Numbered from the stretch's first letter, positions 31,036 to 42,680 are shown. The stretch: 64,000 nucleotides of DNA from an uncultured Alphaproteobacteria bacterium (GCA_963757985.1 CAVWTQ010000010.1:181509-245508); one strand, 5' to 3'. Made by a program: numbers and translations. The notes: generated from the sequence alone by a model not told the origin.

Positions 31036-31741
31036 GTGCGCGAGATCGTTCTTGATACGGAGACGACAGGCCTTGATCCCGCGAGCGGGCACAGGGTCGT
31101 CGAGATCGGCGCCATCGAGCTTTTGAACGCGATCCCGACCGGCCAGACCTTTCACGTCTACCTCGATCCCGAACGCGACATGCCGGAGGAGGCCTTCCGC
31201 GTGCATGGGCTTTCACTCGAATTCCTGACCGGCAAGCCGCTCTTCTCCGCGATCTCAGCCGAGCTCATCGAATTTCTGGATGAGGCCAAGATCGTCGCGC
31301 ACAACGCCGAATTCGACATGCGCTTTCTCAACGCCGAGCTGGCCCGGCTCGATCTGGAGCCAATTGGGGGCCATCGCGTCATCGACACGCTGGCGCTGGC
31401 GCGACGGAAGTTTCCGGGCGCCTCGAACAGCCTCGACGCGCTCTGCGCGCGCTTTGGCGTCGACGCCTCGCGGCGCACGCGCCACGGCGCCCTGCTCGAC
31501 GCCGAAATTCTGGCCGAAGTCTATGCCGAGCTGTGCGGCGGGCGCCAGGCGGCGCTGATTTTCGGCGGTTTGGCGGGGGCGGCGAGCGGCGCCGAGGCCT
31601 TGCTGACGCGGCGGCCGGAGCCTTTGGCGCCGAAACTCAGCGCCGAAGAGCTTGCCGCGCATCAGGCCTTCGTCGAAGAGCTGGGCGCAAAGGCGCATGT
31701 GGCTGGCTTACATGCAGCTCCCGGCCGCGGCGGCGGAGTAA
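31036..31741 (+). CDS. dnaQ: DNA polymerase III epsilon subunit (frameshift near 3' end)
   Basis: [32 protein letters not shown]. Confidence 0.95.
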
Positions 31742-31742
31742 T

Positions 31743-33114
31743 TTACCCCGCTGCGCCGGCGAGATGCAGCAGCATGCCGGCGATGGCGCAGGCGGCGAGC
31801 GTCCTGATGGCGCCGGCGTTGAAGCGGAAAATCAGCAGCGCCGCCGCCAGCGTCAGGGCCAGCGCCGCGACATCGAGCGAGCTGAGGACCGGGAGCTGCA
31901 GCCGCAGCCCGGCGAAATCGATCGCGCTCGACCTGATGGAACAGCGTGTGCAGCGCGAACCAGACGGCGAGATTGAGGATGACGCCGGCGATCGCCGCGG
32001 TGATGGCGGTCAGCGCCCCCGCGAGCGCCTTGTTGCCGCGCAGCTTCTCGACATAGGGGCCGCCGAGGAAAATCCATAAAAAACACGGCGCGAAGGTGAC
32101 CCAGGTCGCCAGCAGCCCGGCGAGCGCGCCGGCGAGCAGCGGCGGCAGGCCGCCCGGCTCGTGAAATCCGCCCATGAAGCCGACGAATTGCAGCACCATC
32201 AGCATCGGGCCGGGCGTCGTCTCCGCCATGCCGAGGCCGTCGAGCATCTGGCCGGGCGTCAGCCAGTGGTAGGTTTCGACGGCGGTCTGCGCCACATAGG
32301 TGAGCACGCCATAGGCGCCGCCGAATCCGACCACGGCCATCTTCGAGAAAAAGACCGCGATCTGCGTGAAGACATCGCCCGGTCCGCGCAGCAGGAAAAG
32401 CAGCGCGACGGGGGCGAGCCAGAGGGTCAGCCAGATGGCCGCGGTCTTTAGCGCGCGGGGCAGCGACGCCTGCGTGTGCTCCGGCGTCTCCTCGCCGAGC
32501 GCGGAGGCCGGCTCCGCCGCGCCCTGCGCGCCATTGAGACCGAGGCTGAAACCCAGCCGCGTGGCGAAATAACCGAAAAAGCCGGCGCCGAGGATGATGA
32601 GCGGAAACGGCAGGTCGAGAAAGAAAATGCCGATGAAGGCGCCGCCCGCCAGCGCCCGCATCGGCGCCGTCTTGAGGGCGCGTCGGCCGATGCGCGACAG
32701 TGCGTCGACGAGGATGGCGAGAACGGCGGCCTTGAGGCCGAAGAAAAGCCCCTGCACCAGCCCGACATGGCCGAGGGCGGCGTAGATGAGGCTCAAGCCC
32801 ATGATCGCGACGGCGCCGGGCAGAATGAAGAGAAGGCCGGCGATGAGGCCGCCGCGCACGCCATTGAGCAGCCAGCCGAGATAGGTCGCGAGCTGCTGCG
32901 CCTCGGGACCCGGCAGCAGCATGCAGAAATTCAGCGCCTGCAGGAAACGCGCCTCGCCGATCCAGCGCTTCTCCTCGACGATAAGGCGATGCATGATGGC
33001 GATCTGCCCGGCCGGTCCGCCGAAGCTGGTGAGGGCGACGTTAGTCCAGACCCGCGCAGCCTCGGCGAGGGGGACCGTGTAGTTGGCAGGGGTTACAGAA
33101 TCGCCTCGACTCAC
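31743..33114 (-). CDS. chrA: Chromate efflux transporter (frameshift ~31920)
   Basis: [38 protein letters not shown]. Confidence 0.9.
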
Positions 33115-34412
33115 GCGAGCCCGCCCGGCTTCGGCCCGCCATAGGCGTAATCGAGCCATTCGACGGTGTGCAGAATGGGCAGGTCGAGGCCGCGCGAAAT
33201 CTGCGTGATGCAGCCGATATTGCCGGTGGCGACGCCGTCCGGCGCGGTTTTCAGGATATTCGCGACTTTCCGGTCGCGCAGCTCGCTGGCGATCTCCGGC
33301 TGGAGGATATTGTAGGTTCCGGCCGAGCCGCAGCAAAGATGCCCTTCCGGCACGTCGCGCACGGTAAAGCCCGCCTTGGTCAGCAACTCGATGGGCAGCG
33401 TCGTGATCTTCTGGCCGTGCTGCATCGAGCAGGCGGAATGATAGGCGAGCGTCAGGCCGGGTTTATTGACCGGCTCGGGCGGCGCGAGAGTTGCGAGAAA
33501 TTCGGTGATGTCCCTGGCGAGCGCTGCGACCCGCGCGGCCTTTTTGGCGTAGGCGGGATCGTTGCGGAAAAGGAAGCCGTAATCCTTGATCACAGTGCCG
33601 CAGCCGGACGCCGTGATGATGATGGCGTCGAGGCCGCCGCGCTCGATCTCGGCGGTCCAGACATCGATATCGTGGCGCGCCTGTTTCAGGGCTTCGCGCT
33701 CTTCGCCGAGATGATGCGCCAGCGCGCCGCAGCAGCCCTCGCTCCTTGGCAGCACGACTTCGACGCCAAGGCGCGTCAGGAGGCGGATCGCCGAATCGTT
33801 GATCGAGGGCCGCAGCACTTTTTGCGCGCAGCCGCCGAGGAGGGCCACGCGCGCGACGGGCCGCGCCTCGGGCCGGACTGTTCCCGGCTTGAAAGACGAG
33901 CCCCACGGCAGCCGGATCGGGGCGAGGCGCAGCATGGCGGCGAGGCGCTCGCCGCTGCGGCCCGATCGCGAAAGGAAAGGAATCAGCGGCGTCGCCAGCG
34001 CGGCGGTGCGCAGCGCGATGCGGAAGCGCCATGGGAAGGGAAGCACGAGGCCAAGCAGCATGCGCACGGCGCGGTCGCCGAACGGGCGACTGTAGGTTTT
34101 CTCGATGTGGACCCGCGCCGCGTCGACGAGATGCATGTAATTGACGCCGGAGGGGCAGGTCGTCATGCAGGAGAGGCAGGAGAGGCAGCGGTCGATATGG
34201 GTGACCGTCTCGGCGTCGGCGGCGCGGCCGTTTTCGAGCATCTCCTTGATGAGATAGATGCGCCCGCGCGGACTGTCGAGTTCATCGCCAAGCAGCACGA
34301 AGGTCGGGCAGGTCGCAGTGCAAAAGCCGCAATGCACGCATTTGCGCAGGATCGCCTCGGATTCGGCGAGGCCGGGATCGGCGAGCTGGGCGGGCGAAAA
34401 ATGCGTCTGCAT
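33111..34412 (-). CDS. glcF: Glycolate oxidase iron-sulfur subunit
   Basis: CVHCGFCTATCPT, CLSCLSCMTTCPSG, CCG domains CCGAL and CCGSAGTYN. Confidence 0.95.
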   Translation of the reverse strand: MQTHFSPAQLADPGLAESEAILRKCVHCGFCTATCPTFVLLGDELDSPRGRIYLIKEMLENGRAADAETVTHIDRCLSCLSCMTTCPSGVNYMHLVDAARVHIEKTYSRPFGDRAVRMLLGLVLPFPWRFRIALRTAALATPLIPFLSRSGRSGERLAAMLRLAPIRLPWGSSFKPGTVRPEARPVARVALLGGCAQKVLRPSINDSAIRLLTRLGVEVVLPRSEGCCGALAHHLGEEREALKQARHDIDVWTAEIERGGLDAIIITASGCGTVIKDYGFLFRNDPAYAKKAARVAALARDITEFLATLAPPEPVNKPGLTLAYHSACSMQHGQKITTLPIELLTKAGFTVRDVPEGHLCCGSAGTYNILQPEIASELRDRKVANILKTAPDGVATGNIGCITQISRGLDLPILHTVEWLDYAYGGPKPGGLA

Positions 34413-34413
34413 A

Positions 34414-35619
34414 TTAAACCTCCGCCTGCATCCTGCCGGGCTCGAGAATGCCGAACGGATCGAACTCCGCCTTCAGGCGCTGCGACAGGGCTCTCAAGGC
34501 TGGCGGCTGCGGCTGGAACACGCGCGCGGCGGCGCGGATGTCGTCGGGCGCGCGCACAAGGGTCGCATGGCCGCCGCCATGCACGGCGATCGCGCCGCGG
34601 ATCAGCTCCGCGCCGGCGTCGGGGCCGCAATCCGGCTCGAACGCGAGCCAGACGAGGCCCCCCGACCAGTCGAAGAGAGCCTCGCTCTGATAGACCTTGG
34701 CGATGGTGGCGGCGAGCGGCGGCCCGGCGGTGGGCGCGACCGAGATCTTCCAGATAATCTTTTCGGGTTGCCCCGCGAGCGGCGCGACGTCGCGAATAGC
34801 GCGCCAGAGGGTTGCGGACGCCGCGGCGTCGAGCCGCTCGGCGCCGGCGAAGGGTTTAAGCAGCGCCGCCAGCCGCTCGAAGCGCTCATTGACCGAGGGC
34901 GCGAAGCCTTCGAGGCGCAGCAGCGTCGCGGAGCCCGGAAAACCCAGCGCGCGCGCGGCGAAAGGCGGCAAATGCGCCGCGCCGGAGGCGTCGACAGGCG
35001 CGCCCATGGCGGCGCAAAGCGCCTCGATCGCCTGTTTTGGCGAAAGGCCGGGCAAAACGAGGGTTGCGGCGGTTTCCGCGCGCGGCAGCACTTTGAAGGT
35101 GACTTCGGTCAGCACCGCGAGCGTTCCGAACGAGCCGGCGAGGCCGCGCGAGAGGTCATAGCCGGTCACGTTCTTGACGACGGTTCCGCCCGCCTTGAAG
35201 GCTTCGCCGCGGCCGTTGACGCCTTTTACGCCAAGGACGTGGTCGCGCGCGGCGCCGGCCTTGATGCGGCGCGGACCCGAGAGGTTCGCCATCAGGCAGC
35301 CCCCCAGCGAGCCCGGCCCCGTGCCATAGAGCGCGCCAAACGACATCGGCTCGAAGGCGAGCTCCTGGCCGTTCGCCGCGAGCAGCGCCTCGATCGTCTC
35401 GATCGGCGTCGCGGCCAGCGCCGAGAGCACGAGTTCTTCCGGCTCATAAAGGGTGACGCCGGAGAGCGCGGAGAGATCGAGGCGGCGCGCCGCGTTCCAC
35501 GGCGCGCCGAGCCGCGCCTTGGAGGCGAGGCCGTTGATTGACAGGGGCGTGCGCGAATTCGCCGCCTCCGTGACGCTGGCCGCGACTTCGGCGGCCGTGG
35601 CCGGAGCTTCGAAAGTCAT
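34414..35619 (-). CDS. glcE: Glycolate oxidase FAD-binding subunit
   Basis: YEPEELV, NLSGPRRI..GAARDHVLG, GGTVVKNVTGYDL, FDP.GIL.PGRM. Confidence 0.92.
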   Translation of the reverse strand: MTFEAPATAAEVAASVTEAANSRTPLSINGLASKARLGAPWNAARRLDLSALSGVTLYEPEELVLSALAATPIETIEALLAANGQELAFEPMSFGALYGTGPGSLGGCLMANLSGPRRIKAGAARDHVLGVKGVNGRGEAFKAGGTVVKNVTGYDLSRGLAGSFGTLAVLTEVTFKVLPRAETAATLVLPGLSPKQAIEALCAAMGAPVDASGAAHLPPFAARALGFPGSATLLRLEGFAPSVNERFERLAALLKPFAGAERLDAAASATLWRAIRDVAPLAGQPEKIIWKISVAPTAGPPLAATIAKVYQSEALFDWSGGLVWLAFEPDCGPDAGAELIRGAIAVHGGGHATLVRAPDDIRAAARVFQPQPPALRALSQRLKAEFDPFGILEPGRMQAEV

Positions 35620-35679
35620 TTCAATGGCGAACCCTGGCGCTGGAACGGGATCAGGACAGCCCGCTCCGGCCTTATATTG

Positions 35680-36177
35680 TTATTTTAGCTTGTCGGCGAT
35701 GCCTTTGAGGCCGGCCTCGTAGATGCCGGCGACGGTCGCCTCGGCCTTGGCGTCTTCGGCGCCCTTGGCCTTGAACTCGCCGGCCCAGATCACCTTGGAG
35801 CCGGCGCCGGAGGGCCGCACCGTGATGGTGGACTTGTAGCCCTCGACCGGCAGCGGGCCCTCGAGAATGGTATAGGTATAGTTGTGCCTTTCGTCGCTGC
35901 GGGAGACCTGCTCCTCGATGATCGTGCCGCCGCCCTTGAGGCTCAGGGTGCGGATGTCCTTGCCGTCCTTTTTCGAGAGCACGCATTTCTCGATGGCCGG
36001 ATGCCAGTCGCCGATGCCGCAGAACTCGCCGATCACTGCCCAGACCTTGGCGGGAGGCGCGGCGATATCGGCCGAGCGCGAGACGTTGAGCGCCAGCGCG
36101 GGCGTCGCGGCCATCGCGGCCAGGCTGGCGACGGCTGCTGCAACGAAGGCTGTGGCGGAAATTGGTGTTTTGCGCAT
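35680..36177 (-). CDS. Exported SRPBCC-family protein (MxaD-like)
   Basis: Signal peptide, then APPAKVW..IG.F..I..WHP, R.L.L.GGG.I.E, YTY.I..GPLPV..Y. Confidence 0.8.
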   Translation of the reverse strand: MRKTPISATAFVAAAVASLAAMAATPALALNVSRSADIAAPPAKVWAVIGEFCGIGDWHPAIEKCVLSKKDGKDIRTLSLKGGGTIIEEQVSRSDERHNYTYTILEGPLPVEGYKSTITVRPSGAGSKVIWAGEFKAKGAEDAKAEATVAGIYEAGLKGIADKLK

Positions 36178-36416
36178 GTTTGCGTTTCCTCCGGGCCACG
36201 ACCTCCACGCGGGTCGTCAGGACCGAAGCGGACTTGTGCCCAGAGTTCGCCGGAGGTCAAGACGGCAATGCGCCTGTCGCGGACGCAGGCGGGATCCAAT
36301 AGCAACGCTCGTGAAGGCAGCTTCTCCAAGGAGCTGTCGCGAATCGCTCGGCTACGCGAAACGCCCATGTCGCCGACGTCGTCGTGCCGATGGCTTCACT
36401 GCGCCGACAAGCGCTC

Positions 36417-36444
36417 TTGAAATGTAATAGCGAGTATTATATAT
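36417..36444 (+). promoter_or_regulatory. Putative promoter/operator of the second TA pair
   Basis: TTGAAA -35-like hexamer, palindrome TAATA-gcgag-TATTA (36425-36439), TA-rich -10-like region. Confidence 0.4.
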
Positions 36445-36552
36445 GTGGTCGCACAAGCGGTGCCTTGCAACGGCGCGCGCCTGTTTCCACACAAAGGATA
36501 GATATCATGAGCCAGATGCGCCCACTTCGAACAAGAGGAGGCCCCCGACCCA

Positions 36553-36921
36553 ATGAAGGCTTTCAAAACAAAGGCATTTCAACGTGAAGCTAATAGCGAC
36601 GGCGTATCAGACGATGATTGCGTGGAGGCGATACGAAGGGCCGAGGGAGGCCTGATCGACGCCAAACTTGGCGGCCGTCTGATAAAGCAAAGGATTCCGA
36701 GGGGAAATCGTGGCGCGGCGAAAGGGTCGCGAGCGATTATCTTCTACAAGTGGGGAGAAGTTGCGGTTTTCCTGCACGTCTTCCCAAAAAGCAGCAAAGC
36801 TAATCTGACGAAATCGGAGTTGGCGGAGTATTTGGCGTTCGCTCATTTTCTGGAGAAGCTGACCGGCGAGAAGCTTGAGGAACTGAGCATCAAAAAAGGA
36901 TGGAGAGAGTTAAAGACATGA
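36553..36921 (+). CDS. RelE/ParE-family toxin
   Basis: FKTK.F.R, GLIDA.LGG.LIKQRI.R...G...G.R.II, FPKS.KANL. Confidence 0.85.
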   Translation: MKAFKTKAFQREANSDGVSDDDCVEAIRRAEGGLIDAKLGGRLIKQRIPRGNRGAAKGSRAIIFYKWGEVAVFLHVFPKSSKANLTKSELAEYLAFAHFLEKLTGEKLEELSIKKGWRELKT

Positions 36922-37244
36922 CAACCCAAACGAAGCCCTACCGGAGCGACGCGCTCCGATCGCTTCACGAGGCTGCAGAGGACCTTTACGACGTTGGCGT
37001 GATCGAAAAAGCCACCATGCGGCGCTTCGATCTCAGTTGCTTGACGCCGGCGGGGGCGCTCGCGCCTGAAGCGATCAAACGTATCCGCGAGAACTCGCAC
37101 ATGAGCCAGGCGACCTTCGCTTTGGCGCTCAATGTGAGCACGATTCTCGTTAGTAAATGGGAGCGCGGTGAGGTGCGGCCAAGCGGGCCCTCCCTCAAGC
37201 TTCTCGCCCTTGCCGATAAAAAGGGGATTGAGGCGATTCTCTAA
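36918..37244 (+). CDS. HTH (Xre) antitoxin
   Basis: TMR.FD..CL, I..IR....MSQ..FA..LNVS...[17 protein letters not shown]; ATGA overlap with toxin. Confidence 0.87.
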   Translation: MTTQTKPYRSDALRSLHEAAEDLYDVGVIEKATMRRFDLSCLTPAGALAPEAIKRIRENSHMSQATFALALNVSTILVSKWERGEVRPSGPSLKLLALADKKGIEAIL

Positions 37245-38287
37245 AGCTTCCGCAGCTCGACTTCCTCGATCCGGTGGCCGGAGCCCTTGGTCAGGATCAG
37301 GCTCGCCCGCGCCCGCGTCGGCAGCAGGTTTTCGCGCAGGTTAGCGAGATTGATCCGGGTCCAGATGTCGCGCGCGACCGCCTCTGCGTCGGCCTCGCTG
37401 AGGTCGGCGTATTTCCGAAAGTAGGATTGCGGATCGCGGAACGCGGTCTCCCTCAGCCGCATGAAGCGTTCGACGAACCAGCGTTCGAGATCGGCCTCCG
37501 CGGCATGCAGGTAGATCGAAAAGTCGAAAAAATCGGAGACGAAGGGGAGACCCCTGCGGTCCTTCGCCGGGCGGTTCGGCAATAGCACGTTGAGGCCCTC
37601 GACGATGAGAATATCGGGGCGATCGACGATGATGCTCTCGCCGGGCAGCACGTCATAGGTGAGATGCGAATAGACAGGCGCCCGGACGCGCTGCTGGCCG
37701 GCCTTGACGTCGGAGAGAAAGCGCAGCAGCGCCGTGCCGTCGTAGCTTTCCGGAAAGCCCTTTTTGGCCATCAGCCCTTCGCTCTCCAGCACGGCGTTGG
37801 GAAGCAGAAAACCATCGGTGGTGACAAGCTCCACCTTGGGCGTGTTCGGCCAGCGCGAGAGCAGCGCCTGCATGACGCGCGAGAGCGTCGATTTGCCGGC
37901 CGAGACCGAGCCGGCGATGCCGATGATATAGGGCGTCTTGCCGCCTTCGGCGCCGAGAAAGCGCTGGGTCGCCTTGTAGAGCCCTTGAGTCGCTGCGACA
38001 TAAAGCGCGAGCAGGCGCGACAGCGGCAGATAGATCGCGACCACCTCTTCGAGAGAGATCGGATCGTTCAGCGATTGCAGGCGCGAGAGATCCTCCATCG
38101 TCAGGGTGAGCGGCGTGTCGGCGCGCAGCGCCGCCCATTCCGCGCGGGTGAAGCGATGGTAGGGCGAAAGGGCGTCGGCCGCGCGAGCGATGCGCTCGTC
38201 CATCTGCAAATCCTCCGGCGCTCCCGTCCGGAACGCGCGCTCCGCGAGCCCAATCCGCCGCAACGTATCGAGATCGAGCGCGGCCAT
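37241..38287 (-). CDS. coaA: Type I pantothenate kinase
   Basis: [53 protein letters not shown]. Confidence 0.95.
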   Translation of the reverse strand: MAALDLDTLRRIGLAERAFRTGAPEDLQMDERIARAADALSPYHRFTRAEWAALRADTPLTLTMEDLSRLQSLNDPISLEEVVAIYLPLSRLLALYVAATQGLYKATQRFLGAEGGKTPYIIGIAGSVSAGKSTLSRVMQALLSRWPNTPKVELVTTDGFLLPNAVLESEGLMAKKGFPESYDGTALLRFLSDVKAGQQRVRAPVYSHLTYDVLPGESIIVDRPDILIVEGLNVLLPNRPAKDRRGLPFVSDFFDFSIYLHAAEADLERWFVERFMRLRETAFRDPQSYFRKYADLSEADAEAVARDIWTRINLANLRENLLPTRARASLILTKGSGHRIEEVELRKL

Positions 38288-38616
38288 CAGCGCAGCGCGC
38301 TCTGGCGGGAGGCTTTTTCTTCAAGCCCGGACTGGCGCGTGCGGCGCTCCAGCTCCCCCAGCACGTCGCTCAAGGGGACGCCGCGAAGATGCAGCGCGAC
38401 AAGGAGATGGTAGAGGACGTCGGCGCTTTCGCCGACGATCGCCTCGCGGTCGCCTTCAACCGCGGCGATGACGAATTCGACCGCTTCCTCGCCGAATTTT
38501 TTGGCGCAGCGGGCCGGGCCGGCGTCAAGCAGCGATTTCGTGTAGGAGGCGGCCGCCGTCGATTTTCCGCGCGCGGAAATAATAGCGGCAAGGTCGTCGA
38601 GGCTGAACGGGTCCAT
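38287..38616 (-). CDS. hisE: Phosphoribosyl-ATP pyrophosphatase
   Basis: [34 protein letters not shown]. Confidence 0.93.
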   Translation of the reverse strand: MDPFSLDDLAAIISARGKSTAAASYTKSLLDAGPARCAKKFGEEAVEFVIAAVEGDREAIVGESADVLYHLLVALHLRGVPLSDVLGELERRTRQSGLEEKASRQSALR

Positions 38617-38642
38617 CCAGTTTTTCCAGCGTCCGCGGAAAA

Positions 38643-39413
38643 TTATCCTATTCCATCCAGCCGCATCCGCAATCCGGATTTGGCCATATAGCGCTTCGCC
38701 TCGGCGATGGTGAATTCGCCGAAATGAAAAATCGAGGCGGCGAGGACGGCCGTCGCGCCGCCGTCGCGGATGCCTTCGACGAGGTGCCTCAGTTCGCCGA
38801 CGCCGCCCGACGCGATCACCGGCACGCCGACGGCGTCGGTCACCGCGCGGGTCAGCGCAATGTCGAAGCCGGCTTTGGATCCGTCGCGATCCATTGAGGT
38901 GAGCAGGATCTCGCCGGCGCCGAGTGCGACCACTTCCCTTGCGTATGCAACGGCGTCGAGGCCGGTCGGATTGCGTCCGCCATGGGTGAAGATCTCCCAT
39001 TTGCCGGGGCCGGTCGCTTTGGCGTCGATCGCCACCACGATGCATTGGCTGCCGAATTTTTCCGCCGCCTCGCGGACGAAGCCGCGGTTTTGCACGGCGG
39101 CGGTCATGATCGAGGCCTTGTCCGCGCCGGCGAGCAGCAGCGCGCGGATGTCTTCCAGCGTGCGCACGCCCCCGCCCACGGTGAGCGGCATGAAGCAGGC
39201 TTCCGCCGTGCGCCTGACGACATCGAGCAGGATCGGGCGGGCCTCATGGCTCGCGGTGATGTCGAGGAAGCAGAGTTCGTCGGCGCCGGCGGCGTCATAG
39301 CAAATAGCGCATTCGACCGGATCGCCGGCGTCCTTGAGATCGACGAAATTGACGCCCTTGACGACGCGGCCGTCCTTGACGTCGAGGCAGGGGATGATGC
39401 GGGATTTAAGCAT
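38643..39413 (-). CDS. hisF: Imidazole glycerol phosphate synthase cyclase subunit
   Basis: [45 protein letters not shown]. Confidence 0.97.
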   Translation of the reverse strand: MLKSRIIPCLDVKDGRVVKGVNFVDLKDAGDPVECAICYDAAGADELCFLDITASHEARPILLDVVRRTAEACFMPLTVGGGVRTLEDIRALLLAGADKASIMTAAVQNRGFVREAAEKFGSQCIVVAIDAKATGPGKWEIFTHGGRNPTGLDAVAYAREVVALGAGEILLTSMDRDGSKAGFDIALTRAVTDAVGVPVIASGGVGELRHLVEGIRDGGATAVLAASIFHFGEFTIAEAKRYMAKSGLRMRLDGIG

Positions 39414-39719
39414 TCAGGATGCGGCGGCGATGAGATTGTCTTGGTTGCGCAGGAGGTCCCAGAAGCTCGGCGCCATGTTTCCCGCGCGGGCGGTCTTTGT
39501 GATGTCGGCCAGGAAGAACAGATTATCTTCGCCCAAGCGGCCGTTGCGCAGGCGCGCCGTCAAAGTTTCGACGTCCTGCCCCGTCTGCAAGAAGGCGACA
39601 TTATAGTCGAACCGGAACAGCTTTTCGCCCTCGTCGAGCGCGTCGGCGAGAGACTTCAGCTCCTCCTCGTCACGCAATGAATTTTCGCGAAACACGAGAA
39701 TATAAGTCCGGCGCGTCAT
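39414..39719 (-). CDS. Hypothetical 101-aa alpha/beta protein inserted in the his operon
   Basis: Intact ORF; ATGA overlap with upstream gene, stop abuts hisF ATG. Confidence 0.7.
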   Translation of the reverse strand: MTRRTYILVFRENSLRDEEELKSLADALDEGEKLFRFDYNVAFLQTGQDVETLTARLRNGRLGEDNLFFLADITKTARAGNMAPSFWDLLRNQDNLIAAAS

Positions 39720-40087
39720 TGATCGTCCTCCTGCATCTTTGCTTCGATGTTCAAAAGGGGCGGTTCGTCGCCTGCATTTTCGAACGCGCCGCCTTTCGTC
39801 AGGGTGATTTGCTGGGCGTGCTGGCGAAGCACGAACTCTTCGGACTGTAATCGATCCGGGTCTCGAAACAGAAATATAAAATAAGCGATCAAAGTCGCCA
39901 AAATCGGCAGGAAAGCGATTGCCGAAAATCCATATTTAAGAAGCAGGTCGTCGCGAAAAATATAGGCGAAGCCCGGAGCAATTAGCAGGCACGTCAACGA
40001 CAGCCACAACATGGGGTTCAGCGCGTTCCGGACGCGGATGACGCCAGCGCGGGAGAAGGCTGTCTTGACGACATCGCCCGGCGTCAT
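39716..40087 (-). CDS. Hypothetical 2-TM membrane protein inserted in the his operon
   Basis: Two hydrophobic helices followed by [10 protein letters not shown]; ATGA overlap with hisA stop; more AT-rich. Confidence 0.7.
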   Translation of the reverse strand: MTPGDVVKTAFSRAGVIRVRNALNPMLWLSLTCLLIAPGFAYIFRDDLLLKYGFSAIAFLPILATLIAYFIFLFRDPDRLQSEEFVLRQHAQQITLTKGGAFENAGDEPPLLNIEAKMQEDDQ

Positions 40088-40824
40088 GCCGGCGCCTTCG
40101 CCTTGCGGATCAGCTCAAGCGCCTCCGCCGGATCGAGCCGGCCATCGTAAAGAGCGCGGCCGGTGATCGCGCCGTTGAGCCTGGCGCAGTCCGGCTGCAG
40201 CAGCCGCTCGACGTCTTCGAGCGAGGCGAGGCCCCCGGAGGCGATGACGGGAATTTCGAGCGCGCCGGCCAGCGCCAATGTCGCCTCGATGTTCAGCCCC
40301 TGCAAAATCCCGTCGCGGGCGATGTCGGTATAGATGATGGCGGCGACGCCCGCGTCCTCGAAGCGCAGGCCAAGCTCAAGCGCCTTGATCTCCGATTTTT
40401 TGGCCCAGCCTTCGACCGCGACGATCCCGTCCCGCGCGTCGATGCCGACCGCGACGCGGCCGGGATGGCGCCGGGCCGCCTCGCGCACCAGCGCCGGATC
40501 GCGCACGGCGGCGGTGCCGATGATGATCCGGGCGACGTCTTTTTCGAGCCAGCGCTCGACGGTTTCGAGGTCGCGGATGCCGCCGCCGAGCTGAACGGGG
40601 ATTTTCACGCTGGCGAGAATTTCCTCGACCGCCTCGGCGTTCATCGGCTTGCCGGCGAAGGCGCCGTCGAGATCGACGACATGCAGCCATTCGAAGCCCT
40701 GCCGCGCGAAGGCCTCCGCCTGCGCCGGCGGTTCGGCGGAAAAGACCGTCGCCTTCTCCATGTCGCCCTGTTCGAGGCGCACGCAGCGGCCTCCCTTGAG
40801 GTCGATGGCGGGATAAAGGATCAT
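40084..40824 (-). CDS. hisA: ProFAR isomerase HisA
   Basis: [43 protein letters not shown]. Confidence 0.97.
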   Translation of the reverse strand: MILYPAIDLKGGRCVRLEQGDMEKATVFSAEPPAQAEAFARQGFEWLHVVDLDGAFAGKPMNAEAVEEILASVKIPVQLGGGIRDLETVERWLEKDVARIIIGTAAVRDPALVREAARRHPGRVAVGIDARDGIVAVEGWAKKSEIKALELGLRFEDAGVAAIIYTDIARDGILQGLNIEATLALAGALEIPVIASGGLASLEDVERLLQPDCARLNGAITGRALYDGRLDPAEALELIRKAKAPA

Positions 40825-41472
40825 GGCCGCCACCTCAAAAAATTGGCGATCAGCGCCAGCCCGAGGGTCTGGCTCTTTTCGGGATGGAACTGCGCGCCGA
40901 GGATATTGTCGCGCCCGATCAGGGCGGCGAACGCGCCGCCGTAGTCCGCGCTGGCGATGACGGCGTCGGGGTCGAGCGGCCTGAACACATAGGAATGCAC
41001 GAAATAGGCGTGCAGGCCCTTCGGCCCGGTCGGGATGTTATCCAGCACCGGATGCGCGCGGACGGGATCGAGCGTGTTCCAGCCCATGTGCGGGATGCGC
41101 AGCGCCGGGTCGTCGGGTCTCGATCGCGGCGACCTCGCCCGCGATCCAGCCGAGGCCTTCCGTCTCGCCATGTTCCAGCCCACGCGTCGCCAGAAGCTGC
41201 ATGCCGACGCAAATGCCGAGGAACGGGCGGCCCTTTTCGAGCACGGCGGCGCGCATGGCTTCGACCATGCCGGGCACTTCGTCGAGGCCGTGCCGGCAAT
41301 CGGCGAAGGCGCCGACGCCCGGCAGCACGATATGGTCCGCCGCCGCCACGACTTTGGGGTCAGGCGTCACGGCGATGGCGCAGGAGAGCCCCGCCTCGCG
41401 CGCGGCGCGCTCGAAAGCCTTGTGGGCCGAGTGCAGATTGCCCGACCCGTAATCGACGATGGCGACGTTCAT
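40821..41472 (-). CDS. hisH: Imidazole glycerol phosphate synthase glutaminase subunit (frameshift ~41115)
   Basis: [44 protein letters not shown]. Confidence 0.95.
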
Positions 41473-41475
41473 TGC

Positions 41476-41956
41476 CTAGGCCTCGGGCGCCGGAAAGCTG
41501 CCGATCACAGGCGCGGGGCCCGGGGGCGGCGGCGGGCGGTGCGGATGCGCCGCCGCGATGCGTTGCGGCGCGGTCTCGGCTTGCGGGTCGAGCCGGCGAT
41601 AAAAGGCCATCTCGGCCTCTTCGAGATCGGGCGCGGCGACGATTTCGGCGAGATTGTAGCCGCGCCGCCAAAGCTTGTTCTCAATCAGGCGGTTCGCCTC
41701 GAGGCCGAGAAAAATCTGCAGAAGAAACGCCAGCGCGAGGCCGGCGCCTGAGGAGAGGGCGCCCGCTGCGACGAGGTTCAAAAGGATGAGGATCGCGGCG
41801 CACCAGAGCGCGGCGGAGAGCCACAGCCCGCGCGCGAGCAGCCAGAACGGCCCGAAGAAAAACGCGGGCCAGCAAAAGCCTTCCCGCACGAATGCGGCGT
41901 CGGCGGCTTCGGCGCCGCCGCCCGCGCCCGGCAGATGGACCGAATAGACGGCCATG
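41476..41956 (-). CDS. DUF2628-type membrane protein
   Basis: FVREGF.W.AFFFGPFWLL, GLEA; usual position between hisB and hisH in rhizobia. Confidence 0.8.
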
Positions 41957-41996
41957 ATTTTCTGGCTCCTTGCCAACGGGTTCGTTTGGGCGCTCA

Positions 41997-42080
41997 CCCC
42001 TCCTGAGGAGCGGGCGAAGCCTGCGTCTCGAAGGACGAGTTCATTAAGCTTCTCTGGAGCGCGCTCCTCGCCATGAGGGC
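41997..42080. repeat. REP-like doublet, family A (second copy partial)
   Basis: TCCTGAGGAGCGGGCGAAGCCTGCGTCTCGAAGGACGAG and partial inverted GCGCTCCTCGCCATGAGGGC after the hisB stop. Confidence 0.85.
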
Positions 42081-42086
42081 TTTAAA

Positions 42087-42680
42087 TTACCCTCCGAGCG
42101 TTCCCTTGGTGGAGGGAATGGCGCCCTTCTGGCGCGGATCGAGCGCGACCGCAAGGCGCAGCGCGCGGGCGAGGCCCTTGAAGCATGTCTCCGAAATATG
42201 GTGCGCGTTCGCGCCGTATAAAGTCTCGACGTGCAGCGTGATCCCGGCGTTCATCGCAAAGGCCTGAAAGAACTCGCGCACCAGCTCGGTGTCGAATTCG
42301 CCGATTTTCTGGCGCGGAAACTCGGTTCTGAACACGAGAAAAGGTCGCCCCGAGACGTCGATGGCGACGCGGGTCAAGGTTTCGTCCATCGGCAAAAGGG
42401 CCTCGGCGTAGCGCGCGATGCCGGCGCGCTCGCCAAGCGCCTGCCGGATGGCCTGGCCCAGCGCGATGCCGACATCCTCGACGGTATGGTGCTGGTCGAT
42501 ATGGAGATCGCCCTTGGCGGAAATGGCGATGTCGATCAGCGAGTGGCGCGCGAGCTGCTCCAGCATGTGATCGAAAAAGCCGATTCCGGTCGAGATTTTG
42601 GCCGCGCCGGTCCCCTCGAGATCGACGGAAACATCGATCTCGGTCTCTTTGGTCTTGCGGGAGATTTTTCCGGCGCGCAT
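42087..42680 (-). CDS. hisB: Imidazoleglycerol-phosphate dehydratase
   Basis: [41 protein letters not shown]. Confidence 0.97.
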   Translation of the reverse strand: MRAGKISRKTKETEIDVSVDLEGTGAAKISTGIGFFDHMLEQLARHSLIDIAISAKGDLHIDQHHTVEDVGIALGQAIRQALGERAGIARYAEALLPMDETLTRVAIDVSGRPFLVFRTEFPRQKIGEFDTELVREFFQAFAMNAGITLHVETLYGANAHHISETCFKGLARALRLAVALDPRQKGAIPSTKGTLGG

